Assembly (NCBI GenBank): GCA_965261595.1
Contig: CBDHDG010000006.1
Location: 864,001-928,000 of the forward strand
Source of the DNA: a bacterium
Lineage (GTDB): Bacteria > UBA8248 > JACPRG01 > G963555815
DNA length: 64,000 nt
Reading direction: 5' to 3'
In this document: positions 10,252-18,085 of the stretch, piece after piece
Layout: each line of letters begins with the position of its first letter
Position numbering within the stretch: the first letter of the stretch is position 1
The notes under the pieces: model-generated
Told to the model about the DNA's origin: nothing
The model's database searches: none
Seen by the model: the letters and a program-made list of their open reading frames with translations, nothing else
Position numbers and translations under genes: made by a program

Positions 10252-10324
10252 GCCACGGCTGGGGTATACGGCCCCAGCCGTGGCGTTCCATTAACCCGCA
10301 GCTTGGAGAGCCCAGGCAATGGAA
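10252..10324 (+). promoter_or_regulatory. Structured leader of ORF3, same architecture as 9891-9967
   Basis: gccacggctgggg/ccccagccgtggc (10252-10284); ttccatt complementary to aatggaa (10318-10324); GGAG between them. Confidence 0.6.
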
Positions 10325-10534
10325 TTTAGATATGAAGGATTTGACGTTTTTGGATGGTTCATCTCCGAAGCAGCCTCTAGGGTTATTGATCTTCTCTTCT
10401 ATGCGGGTTTCTACTTGATGGGGATAAGGAATAAGAAACCGCCGAAGAAACGCATCCCACTCGAAATTCGGGGCTCTTACGTCGGGCCACCAGCCATCAT
10501 CAATGGGAGGATATGTGGTTCCACGGGTCCCTAA
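10319..10534 (+). CDS. Hypothetical small protein (71 aa), cassette ORF3
   Basis: Begins at the same leader position (ggcaATGGAA) as ORF2; one hydrophobic stretch followed by a basic patch (RNKKPPKKR). Confidence 0.45.
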   Translation: MEFRYEGFDVFGWFISEAASRVIDLLFYAGFYLMGIRNKKPPKKRIPLEIRGSYVGPPAIINGRICGSTGP

Positions 10535-11041
10535 AAGTGACCCCCTCCTGTTGGATAACCACAACATGTAGTGTCTCAAAATCGCACCTATATCTTGTGT
10601 CTTACTGCGTCAAAGGCATAATCACGCAAGAACCTGTATAACCATCATTGGATTCTCGAGGGCTACGGCTACCGAACGCCGGCCCAGGCAAGGCAGGAAA
10701 AACTCGCTCAAGTTGCGGAGGCCGCATGAGGTCGAATACCCTCACCCGAGTGTCCAATAACCCAGGGGCGGTCCAAGAGAAGGGAAAGTTTAGACCATAA
10801 TGCGCAATCAAATGAATCGGCTGATCGCCGCGCAGTTCATAAATCAAGCATGCTTCCCCTTCCGATGGAGTAGAATTCCTCTCCGGACAAGGATTCACCG
10901 CTTTTCGTAAATCCCGAACATGCGGGCGGACAATCCATCATCAGAACAGCGGGAGGGTTAAACAAAGGTCATCTCGGGAAATCTCTGTTTCGTTGTCTAA
11001 ATCACGCCTTAAAAGGGATGATGAAGCGCGAGGAGGGAAAA

Positions 11042-11413
11042 ATGAAGAAAACCGGTGTTGGGCTGTTACTCGCACTGCTTCTCAGCCTTGGGTTTATTTC
11101 CAGCGCCGAGAGCGCAAAGACATCCGTCGCCGGCTGCGTGAACACCGTTTGCCATGCCTGGTCCTCCGACGGGGATTTGACCCTGATGTTTTGGGTGAAT
11201 AAGACGCGGTTTGTCATCAATCCGAACCGCATCAAACAAAATCGAATCTCAAGCCCCGCCAAGCTGACTCGCGGCCAACTGGCTGAATGGGAACCCATTT
11301 TGGAAGAGCTCCGAATGGCCATCGCGCGCAAAGCGGACGTCAGGGTCTGGTATGACAATTCGTCAAAGTGGGTGACCGATCTCAGGATTCGGTTTCAAAA
11401 GCGGTGCAGGTAG
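11042..11413 (+). CDS. Hypothetical secreted protein (123 aa)
   Basis: RBS GGAGGG; signal peptide MKKTGVGLLLALLLSLGFISSAESA; three Cys in the mature part. Confidence 0.75.
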   Translation: MKKTGVGLLLALLLSLGFISSAESAKTSVAGCVNTVCHAWSSDGDLTLMFWVNKTRFVINPNRIKQNRISSPAKLTRGQLAEWEPILEELRMAIARKADVRVWYDNSSKWVTDLRIRFQKRCR

Positions 11414-11673
11414 AATTCAAGACTTGATCCAGGAATGATTCCGGTCTTGGAAAGAGCGCCCTGTCTTTTCGCGTCGGAGGAGCGGATATTCCTGCCCACC
11501 CGCTTCTCAACCCGGTCATTTCCTTGCGCCCCTCCCCGGAAGGATTGAATCGAGAGGGGGGAGGGGGGGAGGCGTCCCGCATTTCAGACGCGGGGCTCTT
11601 CAAGGCTTTCCGTCCGAGTCAAGCGAAGGCATGGAGTCCATCAATTGTCCGAAAATCCCGACGCACGTAAACC

Positions 11674-12613
11674 ATGACTTCTTCCGACGCAATCCTCGCG
11701 GCCCTATCAGCGGCGTTATTCTTTTCTCTGGCCGATATCTCCCTGAAAAAGGCGCTCCAGTATTCCTCCCCGACCATGGCCATCAACGTGATCTCCTGGA
11801 TCGAGTGGGTGCTCTTTACCGTCATCTGTTGGGTAACCGGGGCGTTTTCGCACATTTCCAACCCAACCTTCCCCTGGTTTTTTCTGACGGGGTTCATGAA
11901 TCCCGTCTTGTTCCTCATTCTTTTACATGCTCGGCATTCGGCGGATTGGAGTCGTCCGCTCGGCGCCCTTGAAGAGCTGCTCGCCCATCGTCTCCGTCAT
12001 TTGCGCCTTCGTCGTATTGGGTGAACGGCTTGCCGCCCTCCAGTATGTGGGAATCGCATTGACGATTGGCGGTCTTTTCGTCATCACGTCCGAAGGCCTG
12101 AGGGGAGGGGGTGCCATGCGGGCCCATCCCGAGGACCCTTCGCGGGACGCCCAAGGGTCCCCTTCCGAAAAAGGAGAACTTTATCTGAGACTCGGTTACC
12201 TCTTTCCGATTCTGGCTGGAGTCTCGACCGGCATTTCCTCCGTCTTGTTCAAAACCGTGATGAAAACCCTTCCTGTCCCCGTCTTGGGGGCCTGGGTCGG
12301 CGTGTCCTTGGCCGTCCTTCTTTATCCTTTCGTGGCTTTCCTCTTTCCGCCCGGGGCGCGATTCCGCATCCAGCGATCCGCCTGGCCCTGGCTGATCTGT
12401 GGGGGCGTGACCGCGACGGCGGCCATTTACTCGCTGTTCACCGCCATTCATCTCGGGCTGGTTTCCATCGTCACGACGCTCTATCAGATTTCGCCGCTCA
12501 TCATTCTGGCGCTGGCCGTCCTGATCCTACGCGAGCTGGAAAGGGTCACGCCCCGGGTGGTCGTGGGGGCCATCCTCACTGTGGGCGGGGGGATATTGGT
12601 CACCATCATGTGA
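11674..12613 (+). pseudogene. DMT/EamA family transporter, frameshift in a T run near 11920 (possibly sequencing error)
   Basis: ORFs 11674-12024 and 11927-12613 join into a multi-TM protein with GIRRIGVVRSAPL..FVVLGERL and LERVTPRVVVGA. Confidence 0.8.
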
Positions 12614-12708
12614 CGGCGCTCATCGTCGTAACCCGGCATCTTTTGGTTTGACCCGATCGACGAAGGATTGATTTTGGCATCCGACTTCCCCCCTCGCGAG
12701 GTTTCCGG

Positions 12709-13641
12709 ATAACGTCCTCTTACGCCATCGCCGTCGCCATCGGCGCCGCGCTGGCCTTCGCCGTCACCGAAGTCAGCCTGCGGAACAGTCTCCGGTTCGC
12801 CAGCCTGGTGACCGTCTCGATTCTGACGCTGTTGATTCAGTGTCTGATCCTGTCCACCTTGATCGTCATGACGGGAAGGTTCTCGGAGATGACCGCCGCT
12901 GGAGCGGGGTGGTTCCTCCTGGCGGGCTTGGGGAACCCCGTCTTCCACATGGTCTTTTATTTTCTCGGCATCCAGCGAATCGGCATCGTCCGATCCGCGC
13001 CCCTGAAGGGGTCCGGCCCAATTTTTTCGGTGATCTTCGCCTTCGGATTTTTGGGGGAGCGCCTCATCCTTTTGCAATATCTCGGGATTGCGATGGTCGT
13101 GGGGGGGATCCTGATCATCTCGACCGAAGGCTGGAGCCGGAATGTTCCTCAAACCTCCCCGCCGCCGTCAGGCCCGCCATTGGACAAAGACCGGCCGAAC
13201 GCCGCTCCTCATCGAAGGGCGGTTTATCTCCTGCCGGTTCTGGCGGGGCTGATGGGCGCGATCGCCTCCATTCTCTTCAAAACGGCCATGAAGAAAATGC
13301 CATCCCCCCTGTTGGGCATCTGGCTCGGGTCAGCGGAGGGGCTTCTGCTTTTTCCGCTGATTGCGCTGCTCTTCCCCGCGGGTCAGCGGTATCGGTTCAA
13401 TCCGTCCGCGATCCCCTGGCTGATCTCGGCGGGGGTGTGCGGGTCGGCGGCGATGTACGGGCTGGTCCTCTCCATCGGCCTCGGGCAGGTGTCGGTCGTC
13501 TTCACACTCGCCCAGAGTTCGCCCGTCTTCGTAATTCTCATATCGGTCCTTTTTTTGAGAAAGCTGGAACGAGTCACGCCCCGGGTGGTCTTGGGAGGAT
13601 TGATGACGGTCGGCGGAGGGATTCTGGTCAGTGTGCTTTGA
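12709..13641 (+). CDS. DMT/EamA family transporter, tandem paralog; probable ATA start
   Basis: Frame open upstream of 12808; ITSSYAIAVAI aligns with MTSSDAILAAL of the paralog; GAGGT upstream of ATA at 12709. Confidence 0.8.
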   Translation: MTSSYAIAVAIGAALAFAVTEVSLRNSLRFASLVTVSILTLLIQCLILSTLIVMTGRFSEMTAAGAGWFLLAGLGNPVFHMVFYFLGIQRIGIVRSAPLKGSGPIFSVIFAFGFLGERLILLQYLGIAMVVGGILIISTEGWSRNVPQTSPPPSGPPLDKDRPNAAPHRRAVYLLPVLAGLMGAIASILFKTAMKKMPSPLLGIWLGSAEGLLLFPLIALLFPAGQRYRFNPSAIPWLISAGVCGSAAMYGLVLSIGLGQVSVVFTLAQSSPVFVILISVLFLRKLERVTPRVVLGGLMTVGGGILVSVL

Positions 13642-13900
13642 AGGGGTTCTCGGATGGATTGTTTGGATTCGCGGGAAAGCCGCCGATGGCCATCCCCGCT
13701 GAAACCATCCACTTTGCGAAAAAATGCGGCCTAAAACGGTTGATTGATGCCCGACTGTCCGACTCGGGCGTGAAACGGCTATAATACGCAAAAGCCAATT
13801 TCCAGATGGGCGGGTTCCCGCCTGGTCCCAAAACAGGAGGCCGACTCGGGATTTTCAAGCGTAGCTGATCGCCTTCCCCAACCACAGAGAGCGAGACAAC

Positions 13901-14716
13901 ATGGACAGCCAATATGAAACCATACGAATCGACAAGGCGGACGGGATCACCACCCTCATGTTCAACCGCCCGGAGAAAAAAAACGCGATGAGCCCGCAAC
14001 TCCACCGCGAGATGAGGGAGGCCCTCGAAATCCTGGAGGACGACGAGGAGACCCGCGTCCTGGTCCTCACGGGGGCCGGGGACAGCTTTTGCGCGGGACA
14101 GGATCTTCATGAATTCTTCGCCAAGCTCGAAGACAAACCCATCGAGCGCCGCCGCGCGTCCAAGATTTCCGCCGAATGGCAGGGCGTGAAGCTTCGGCTG
14201 TTCGCGAAACCCACCATCGCGGCCGTCAACGGCTGGTGCTTCGGGGGGGCGTTCATCCCCATGGCCGCGTGCGACCTGGCGATAGCCGCGGAGGAGGCGA
14301 AATTCGGCCTGAGCGAGATCAACTTCGGCAACTTCCCCGGCGGACAGGTCACCGTGGCGCTCGATAAACTTCTGCGGCCCAGGGATTTTCTCTACTACGC
14401 GATGACGGGAGAGACTTTCGACGGACGGACCGCGGCGGCCATGGGTCTGGTCAACTTCGCCGTTCCCCGAAAAGACCTTGACGACGCCGTGCGCAAGCTG
14501 GCCGGAAAGCTCCTCGAAAAAGACCCCGTGGCCCTGCGCCAAGTGAAAGAAGTCTACAAGTACGGGGAGCAGATGAACTGGGAACAGGGCTACGCTTGGG
14601 CCATGGCCAAGGGGAACGAGCTGACCTTTCACCAGGACGGGGCCTGGGTGAACAAGGGGATTGCCCAGTTCCGGGACAAGAAATACAAGCCCGGACTGGG
14701 GTCGTTCAAGAAATAA
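13901..14716 (+). CDS. p-hydroxycinnamoyl/feruloyl-CoA hydratase-lyase (crotonase superfamily)
   Basis: NRPEKKNAMSPQLH, FCAGQDL, NGWCFGGAF..ACDLAIAAEEAKFGLSEINFG, C-terminal KKYKPGLGSF typical of the HCHL/Ech group. Confidence 0.85.
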   Translation: MDSQYETIRIDKADGITTLMFNRPEKKNAMSPQLHREMREALEILEDDEETRVLVLTGAGDSFCAGQDLHEFFAKLEDKPIERRRASKISAEWQGVKLRLFAKPTIAAVNGWCFGGAFIPMAACDLAIAAEEAKFGLSEINFGNFPGGQVTVALDKLLRPRDFLYYAMTGETFDGRTAAAMGLVNFAVPRKDLDDAVRKLAGKLLEKDPVALRQVKEVYKYGEQMNWEQGYAWAMAKGNELTFHQDGAWVNKGIAQFRDKKYKPGLGSFKK

Positions 14717-14733
14717 AATCCGAAAACCCCGCG

Positions 14734-14974
14734 TTCGCGGGAAAACTGGCCGGTTGGCCGGAGGCCGCGGCTGCCGAAGACACGCAAGTGTCGTAGGCAG
14801 ACGGGCATCCGGCCAAAGATTCAAGGCGTCGCGGGCCACAGCCGACCGCCATAGCCAATCAGACACCCACCCCCCGAAGGCCAAGCCCGAGGCTTGGCCG
14901 CAGAAAGTTTTTCAGGGGGTTCCCAACCCCTGGGAGGGGTCCAGGGGGGCGGTTTTACAAAAAAGCCCCCTTGG
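14734..14974 (+). repeat. Dispersed ~240-bp intergenic repeat, copy 1 (related to 27032-27279)
   Basis: Shared ordered blocks gaaaactggcc..ttggccg, gacgggcatccggccaaaga, aaggccaagcc..aggcttggcc, ggggtccaggggg..cggtttt..caaaaaagccccc. Confidence 0.75.
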
Positions 14975-15013
14975 CGATCTTTTTGTGTCCCCATCTGTGA
15001 GGAAAAAACCCGC

Positions 15014-16159
15014 ATGGACTTCGAGCTTCCCGGGGAGTTGAAGCTTCTTCGCGACATGGTTCGGGACTTCGTCAAGAAGGCGTTGCTGCCCCTGGAGAAC
15101 CAGGTGGAAGAGGCCGACGACGTTTCCCCCGACCTCCTGCGGGAGCTCCGCGTTCAGGCTCGGGACCTGGGCCTTCTGGGGCTTTGCATTCCCAAGGAAT
15201 GCGGCGGGGCCGGGATGGGGATGCTTGCCAACTGCGTCGTGCGGGAGGAGCTGGGGCGGACGAGTCTGGCCATGTCCTACACCGTCCGGGGCCCCTCGCC
15301 GATCCTGTCGCTGGGCACGGCCGAGCAGCGGGAGCGGTACCTCGCGCCGTGCCTGCGGGCCGAGAAGCGGGACTGCTTCTCCCTGACCGAGCCCAACGCC
15401 GGCTCCGACGCTGCGGCCATTCAGAGCACCGCCGTCCGGGACGGGGACGACTTCATATTGAACGGGACAAAGATCTTCGTGACCGACGGCGTGAAGGCGG
15501 ACTTCGTGATCGTCTTCGCCGTGACGGACAAGGAGAAGCGGGCGCGGGGCGGGATCACGGCCTTTCTGGTGGACAAAGGGACGTCGGGGTTCGAGGTGGG
15601 GTCGGTGTTCAAGAAGATGGGCTGGCGGGGAACGGACCTGGCGGAGCTGGTCTTTATCGACTGCCGGGTTCCGGCGGCGCAGGTGCTGGGTGAGGTGGGT
15701 CAGGGGTTCGCGCTGGCGATGAAGTGGATCGACACCGGCCGGCTGGGGATAGCGTCGGCCGCCCTGGGGACGGCCGAGCGGCTGTTGGAGATGGCGACCG
15801 ATTACGCGGGCCAGCGAGAAACGTTCGGCCGGCGGCTGGCGGAGCGTCAGGCGATTCAGTGGATGATCGCCGATTCGGCGACCGAGCTCAAGGCGGCGCG
15901 GCTGTTGGTCTACCAGGCGGCGTGGAGCGGGGAGCAGGGGCGGGACACGCGTCAGGCGGCGGCGATGGCGAAGCTGTACGCCACCGAGATGGTGGGCCGG
16001 GTCGCGGACCGCGCGCTCCAGATCCACGGCGGGATGGGGTACATGAAGGACCTCCCCATCGAGCGCATGTACCGCGACGTCCGGATGGGTCGTATCGCCG
16101 ACGGCACATCGGAGATCCTTCGCTCCCTCATCGCCCGGGGGATTTTGAAGGGGGGATAG
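15014..16159 (+). CDS. Acyl-CoA dehydrogenase
   Basis: FSLTEPNAGSDA, LNGTKIFVT, KMGWRG, RETFGR, QIHGGMGY..IERMYRD. Confidence 0.92.
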   Translation: MDFELPGELKLLRDMVRDFVKKALLPLENQVEEADDVSPDLLRELRVQARDLGLLGLCIPKECGGAGMGMLANCVVREELGRTSLAMSYTVRGPSPILSLGTAEQRERYLAPCLRAEKRDCFSLTEPNAGSDAAAIQSTAVRDGDDFILNGTKIFVTDGVKADFVIVFAVTDKEKRARGGITAFLVDKGTSGFEVGSVFKKMGWRGTDLAELVFIDCRVPAAQVLGEVGQGFALAMKWIDTGRLGIASAALGTAERLLEMATDYAGQRETFGRRLAERQAIQWMIADSATELKAARLLVYQAAWSGEQGRDTRQAAAMAKLYATEMVGRVADRALQIHGGMGYMKDLPIERMYRDVRMGRIADGTSEILRSLIARGILKGG

Positions 16160-16227
16160 GCCGTAATTAGCACAAAGATTTCGTTACAGGCGCGTGTATG
16201 ATCGGCGCTTGGATTGTTGGCCAACGC

Positions 16228-16330
16228 ATCGGGGCGGGTACGGAGCCCCGCCCCTACATTTCAGAGCCGTACCATCAAATCCGGTGTAGGGGTGGGGCGA
16301 GAGTCGGTGGGCTCCCGTACCCGCCCCCCC
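16228..16330. repeat. GTAG-type REP palindrome pair between convergent genes
   Basis: ggggcgggtacggagccccgcccctac and gtaggggtggg...gggctcccgtacccgcccc in inverted arrangement. Confidence 0.6.
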
Positions 16331-16361
16331 CGACGGCGGCATCACCCGCGATACGCCTCGC

Positions 16362-18083
16362 TTATCTCTCCCCTCCCGCACCACCATCGATCTCGATTCC
16401 ATAATCCGCCCGGGCCTTTTCCGGGGAGAGGATGCCGTTCCGCACGTCCCGGCGCACGGCCTCGGGATCGCGCCCTCCGGGGTCGCCCCAGCCGCCGCCC
16501 GCGGCGGATTGGATGCGCAGAACCCCGCACCCGACCTCCCGGATGCCGTAGGCCGGAAGCGCCTCCTCCGGTTCGCCGTCATCCGGCCGGCCCCGGCGGC
16601 GGAAAGTGACCTGGGCCGGTTCGCCCTCCCCGCCCCCGCTGACCCCGAACCCGCTCGGCGCGCCCTGCCCCTCTCCGCGAAAACACAGGGTCCCGGGGAC
16701 CAGGAGCTCCACTTGGTAATCCACGCCCGTTCCGCCGCGAAACTCCCCCGGTCCGCACGTGTCCCGCCGGAGCTCGTGCTTGAGGAACCGGACGGGACAG
16801 ATTCGCTCGATGGATTCCAGGTTGGGGATGGTCATTCCGCCCATGCAGATGGGAGAGGAGATTTGATCGAACCCGTCCCTTTCGTCCATGGCGCCCGCAC
16901 CGGCGTATCCGGCGAGGTTGAACATCACAAAAACCCTCCCATGGCGGTCGAGCCCCGAGAAAGTGGGGTTGGCCATCTTCCCCCAGCCCCCGCAGACGCG
17001 GTGCGGATCGGTCCGCGCCAGGGCTTTCCAGCAACAGTTGATGATCTCGTGGGCGGGATGGAGGGTCGAGAATGTCACGGCGGCGGGCTCGGTGCAGTTC
17101 ACCACTGTGCCCTCGGGCGCGATGATCCGAATCGTCCTGTACATCCCCTCGTTGTGCGGGATCCGGGGGTCTACAACGGTGGCCAGGGCCGTGTAGACGG
17201 CCGAATACGTATTGGGCAGGGAGCTGTTTTTGAAAGAGGGGACCTGGGGGTCCGTCCCGGTGAAATCGGCCGTGACGTCACCCCCCCGGATCTCCAGCCG
17301 GAGACGGATCGTCACGTCCCGGACATCGAAGCCGTCGTTGTCCATGGTCTCCGTCGCCTCGTACACCCCGTCGGGAATCTTCTCCAGCTCCAGCCGCATT
17401 CTCCGCTCGCTGTAATCCAGCAGGGCTTCGCAGTAGCGGCGGAGCGTCTCCCAACCGCGTTCCAGGATGAGCTCTTCGATCCAGGCCGCGCCTCTTTTGA
17501 CCGAACCGATCATCGCGCCTACGTCTCCGGCCAGGATGTCCGGGCGGCGGCAATTGATCTTGAGCAATTCCAGGACGTCGGCTCGCGGGACGCCTCGGAC
17601 CTCAAGCTTGAGCGGCGGGATGCGCAGGCCCTCGTGGAAGATTTCCTTCGCCTTGGGGTTGTACGTGCCCGCCGCGCCGCCGCCGATGTCGAGTTGGTGG
17701 GAGCGGATGCACGTGAAGGCCGCGAGCCGGGCGTCCGCGAATACGGGCGCGAAGACGGTCCAGTCGGGCAGGTGGTTTCCGCCGGCCGTATAGACATCGT
17801 TGGAAACGAGAATGTCCCCGGGCCGGATGTCGTCCCCGAAGAACTCCAGGAGGGCGCGCACGGCGAACCCGCCGCCCCCCGTGTGGATGGGGATGCCCTC
17901 CGCCTGGGAGAGAAGCCGGCCCTGGTCATCGGTGAGAAAGCAGGAGAAATCATGTCCCTGGCTGGCCAGGGAGCTCCGGGCCGTCCGCGTCATCACGACG
18001 CCCATCCGGTGGGTGATGGAATCCAGCTTTTTCTGGATGATCGTCAGCTCGGCGGGGTCGATGGCGGCTTTGATCGGGTCCAT
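16362..18083 (-). CDS. Hydantoinase B / oxoprolinase family protein
   Basis: MTRTARS..HDFSC, PGDILVSNDVY..GNHLPD, EIFHEGLRIPP, GPGEFRGG, GGGWGDP. Confidence 0.92.
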   Translation of the reverse strand: MDPIKAAIDPAELTIIQKKLDSITHRMGVVMTRTARSSLASQGHDFSCFLTDDQGRLLSQAEGIPIHTGGGGFAVRALLEFFGDDIRPGDILVSNDVYTAGGNHLPDWTVFAPVFADARLAAFTCIRSHQLDIGGGAAGTYNPKAKEIFHEGLRIPPLKLEVRGVPRADVLELLKINCRRPDILAGDVGAMIGSVKRGAAWIEELILERGWETLRRYCEALLDYSERRMRLELEKIPDGVYEATETMDNDGFDVRDVTIRLRLEIRGGDVTADFTGTDPQVPSFKNSSLPNTYSAVYTALATVVDPRIPHNEGMYRTIRIIAPEGTVVNCTEPAAVTFSTLHPAHEIINCCWKALARTDPHRVCGGWGKMANPTFSGLDRHGRVFVMFNLAGYAGAGAMDERDGFDQISSPICMGGMTIPNLESIERICPVRFLKHELRRDTCGPGEFRGGTGVDYQVELLVPGTLCFRGEGQGAPSGFGVSGGGEGEPAQVTFRRRGRPDDGEPEEALPAYGIREVGCGVLRIQSAAGGGWGDPGGRDPEAVRRDVRNGILSPEKARADYGIEIDGGAGGER

Positions 18084-18085
18084 CC

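Larger units (their letters stand above)
9312..10626. mobile_element. Non-autonomous cargo cassette with IS1595-like ends (no transposase)
   Basis: Terminal inverted repeats cgtgattatgcc(c/t)ttgacgcagtaagacacaagatat at 9312- and -10626 (one mismatch); 8-bp duplication CAAGAACC at 9304-9311 and 10627-10634; visibly more AT-rich than the host. Family inferred only from the 8-bp duplication and CGTGATT terminus. Confidence 0.9.
8498..10729 (+). pseudogene. IS3-family transposase OrfB (rve integrase core), split by the 9312-10626 insertion
   Basis: GYRKVWARL, WGTHMT (first catalytic Asp position reads His), HDHGPAY, PEGNGYCE; frame resumes after the insertion as EFKN-LYNHHWILEGYGYRTPAQARQEKLAQVAEAA* (stop 10727-10729). 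Confidence 0.88.
8050..10775 (+). mobile_element. IS3-family insertion sequence, interrupted at 9311 by a nested cassette
   Basis: OrfA/OrfB pair; left end ...gggttttgttggacactcg (to 8079) is inverted relative to cgagtgtccaataacccaggggcggtcca (ending 10775); left tip is degenerate, so the start is approximate. Confidence 0.85.

Noticed and set aside
9887..10324. Integron attC sites between cassette ORFs
   Set aside because: No RYYYAAC/GTTRRRY core pair, stems are perfect without extrahelical bases, and no integrase is nearby.
9317..10579. 420-aa minus ORF as the cassette's IS1595 transposase
   Set aside because: No recognisable zinc-ribbon/HTH/DDE arrangement; amino-acid conservation between paralogs is on the + strand.
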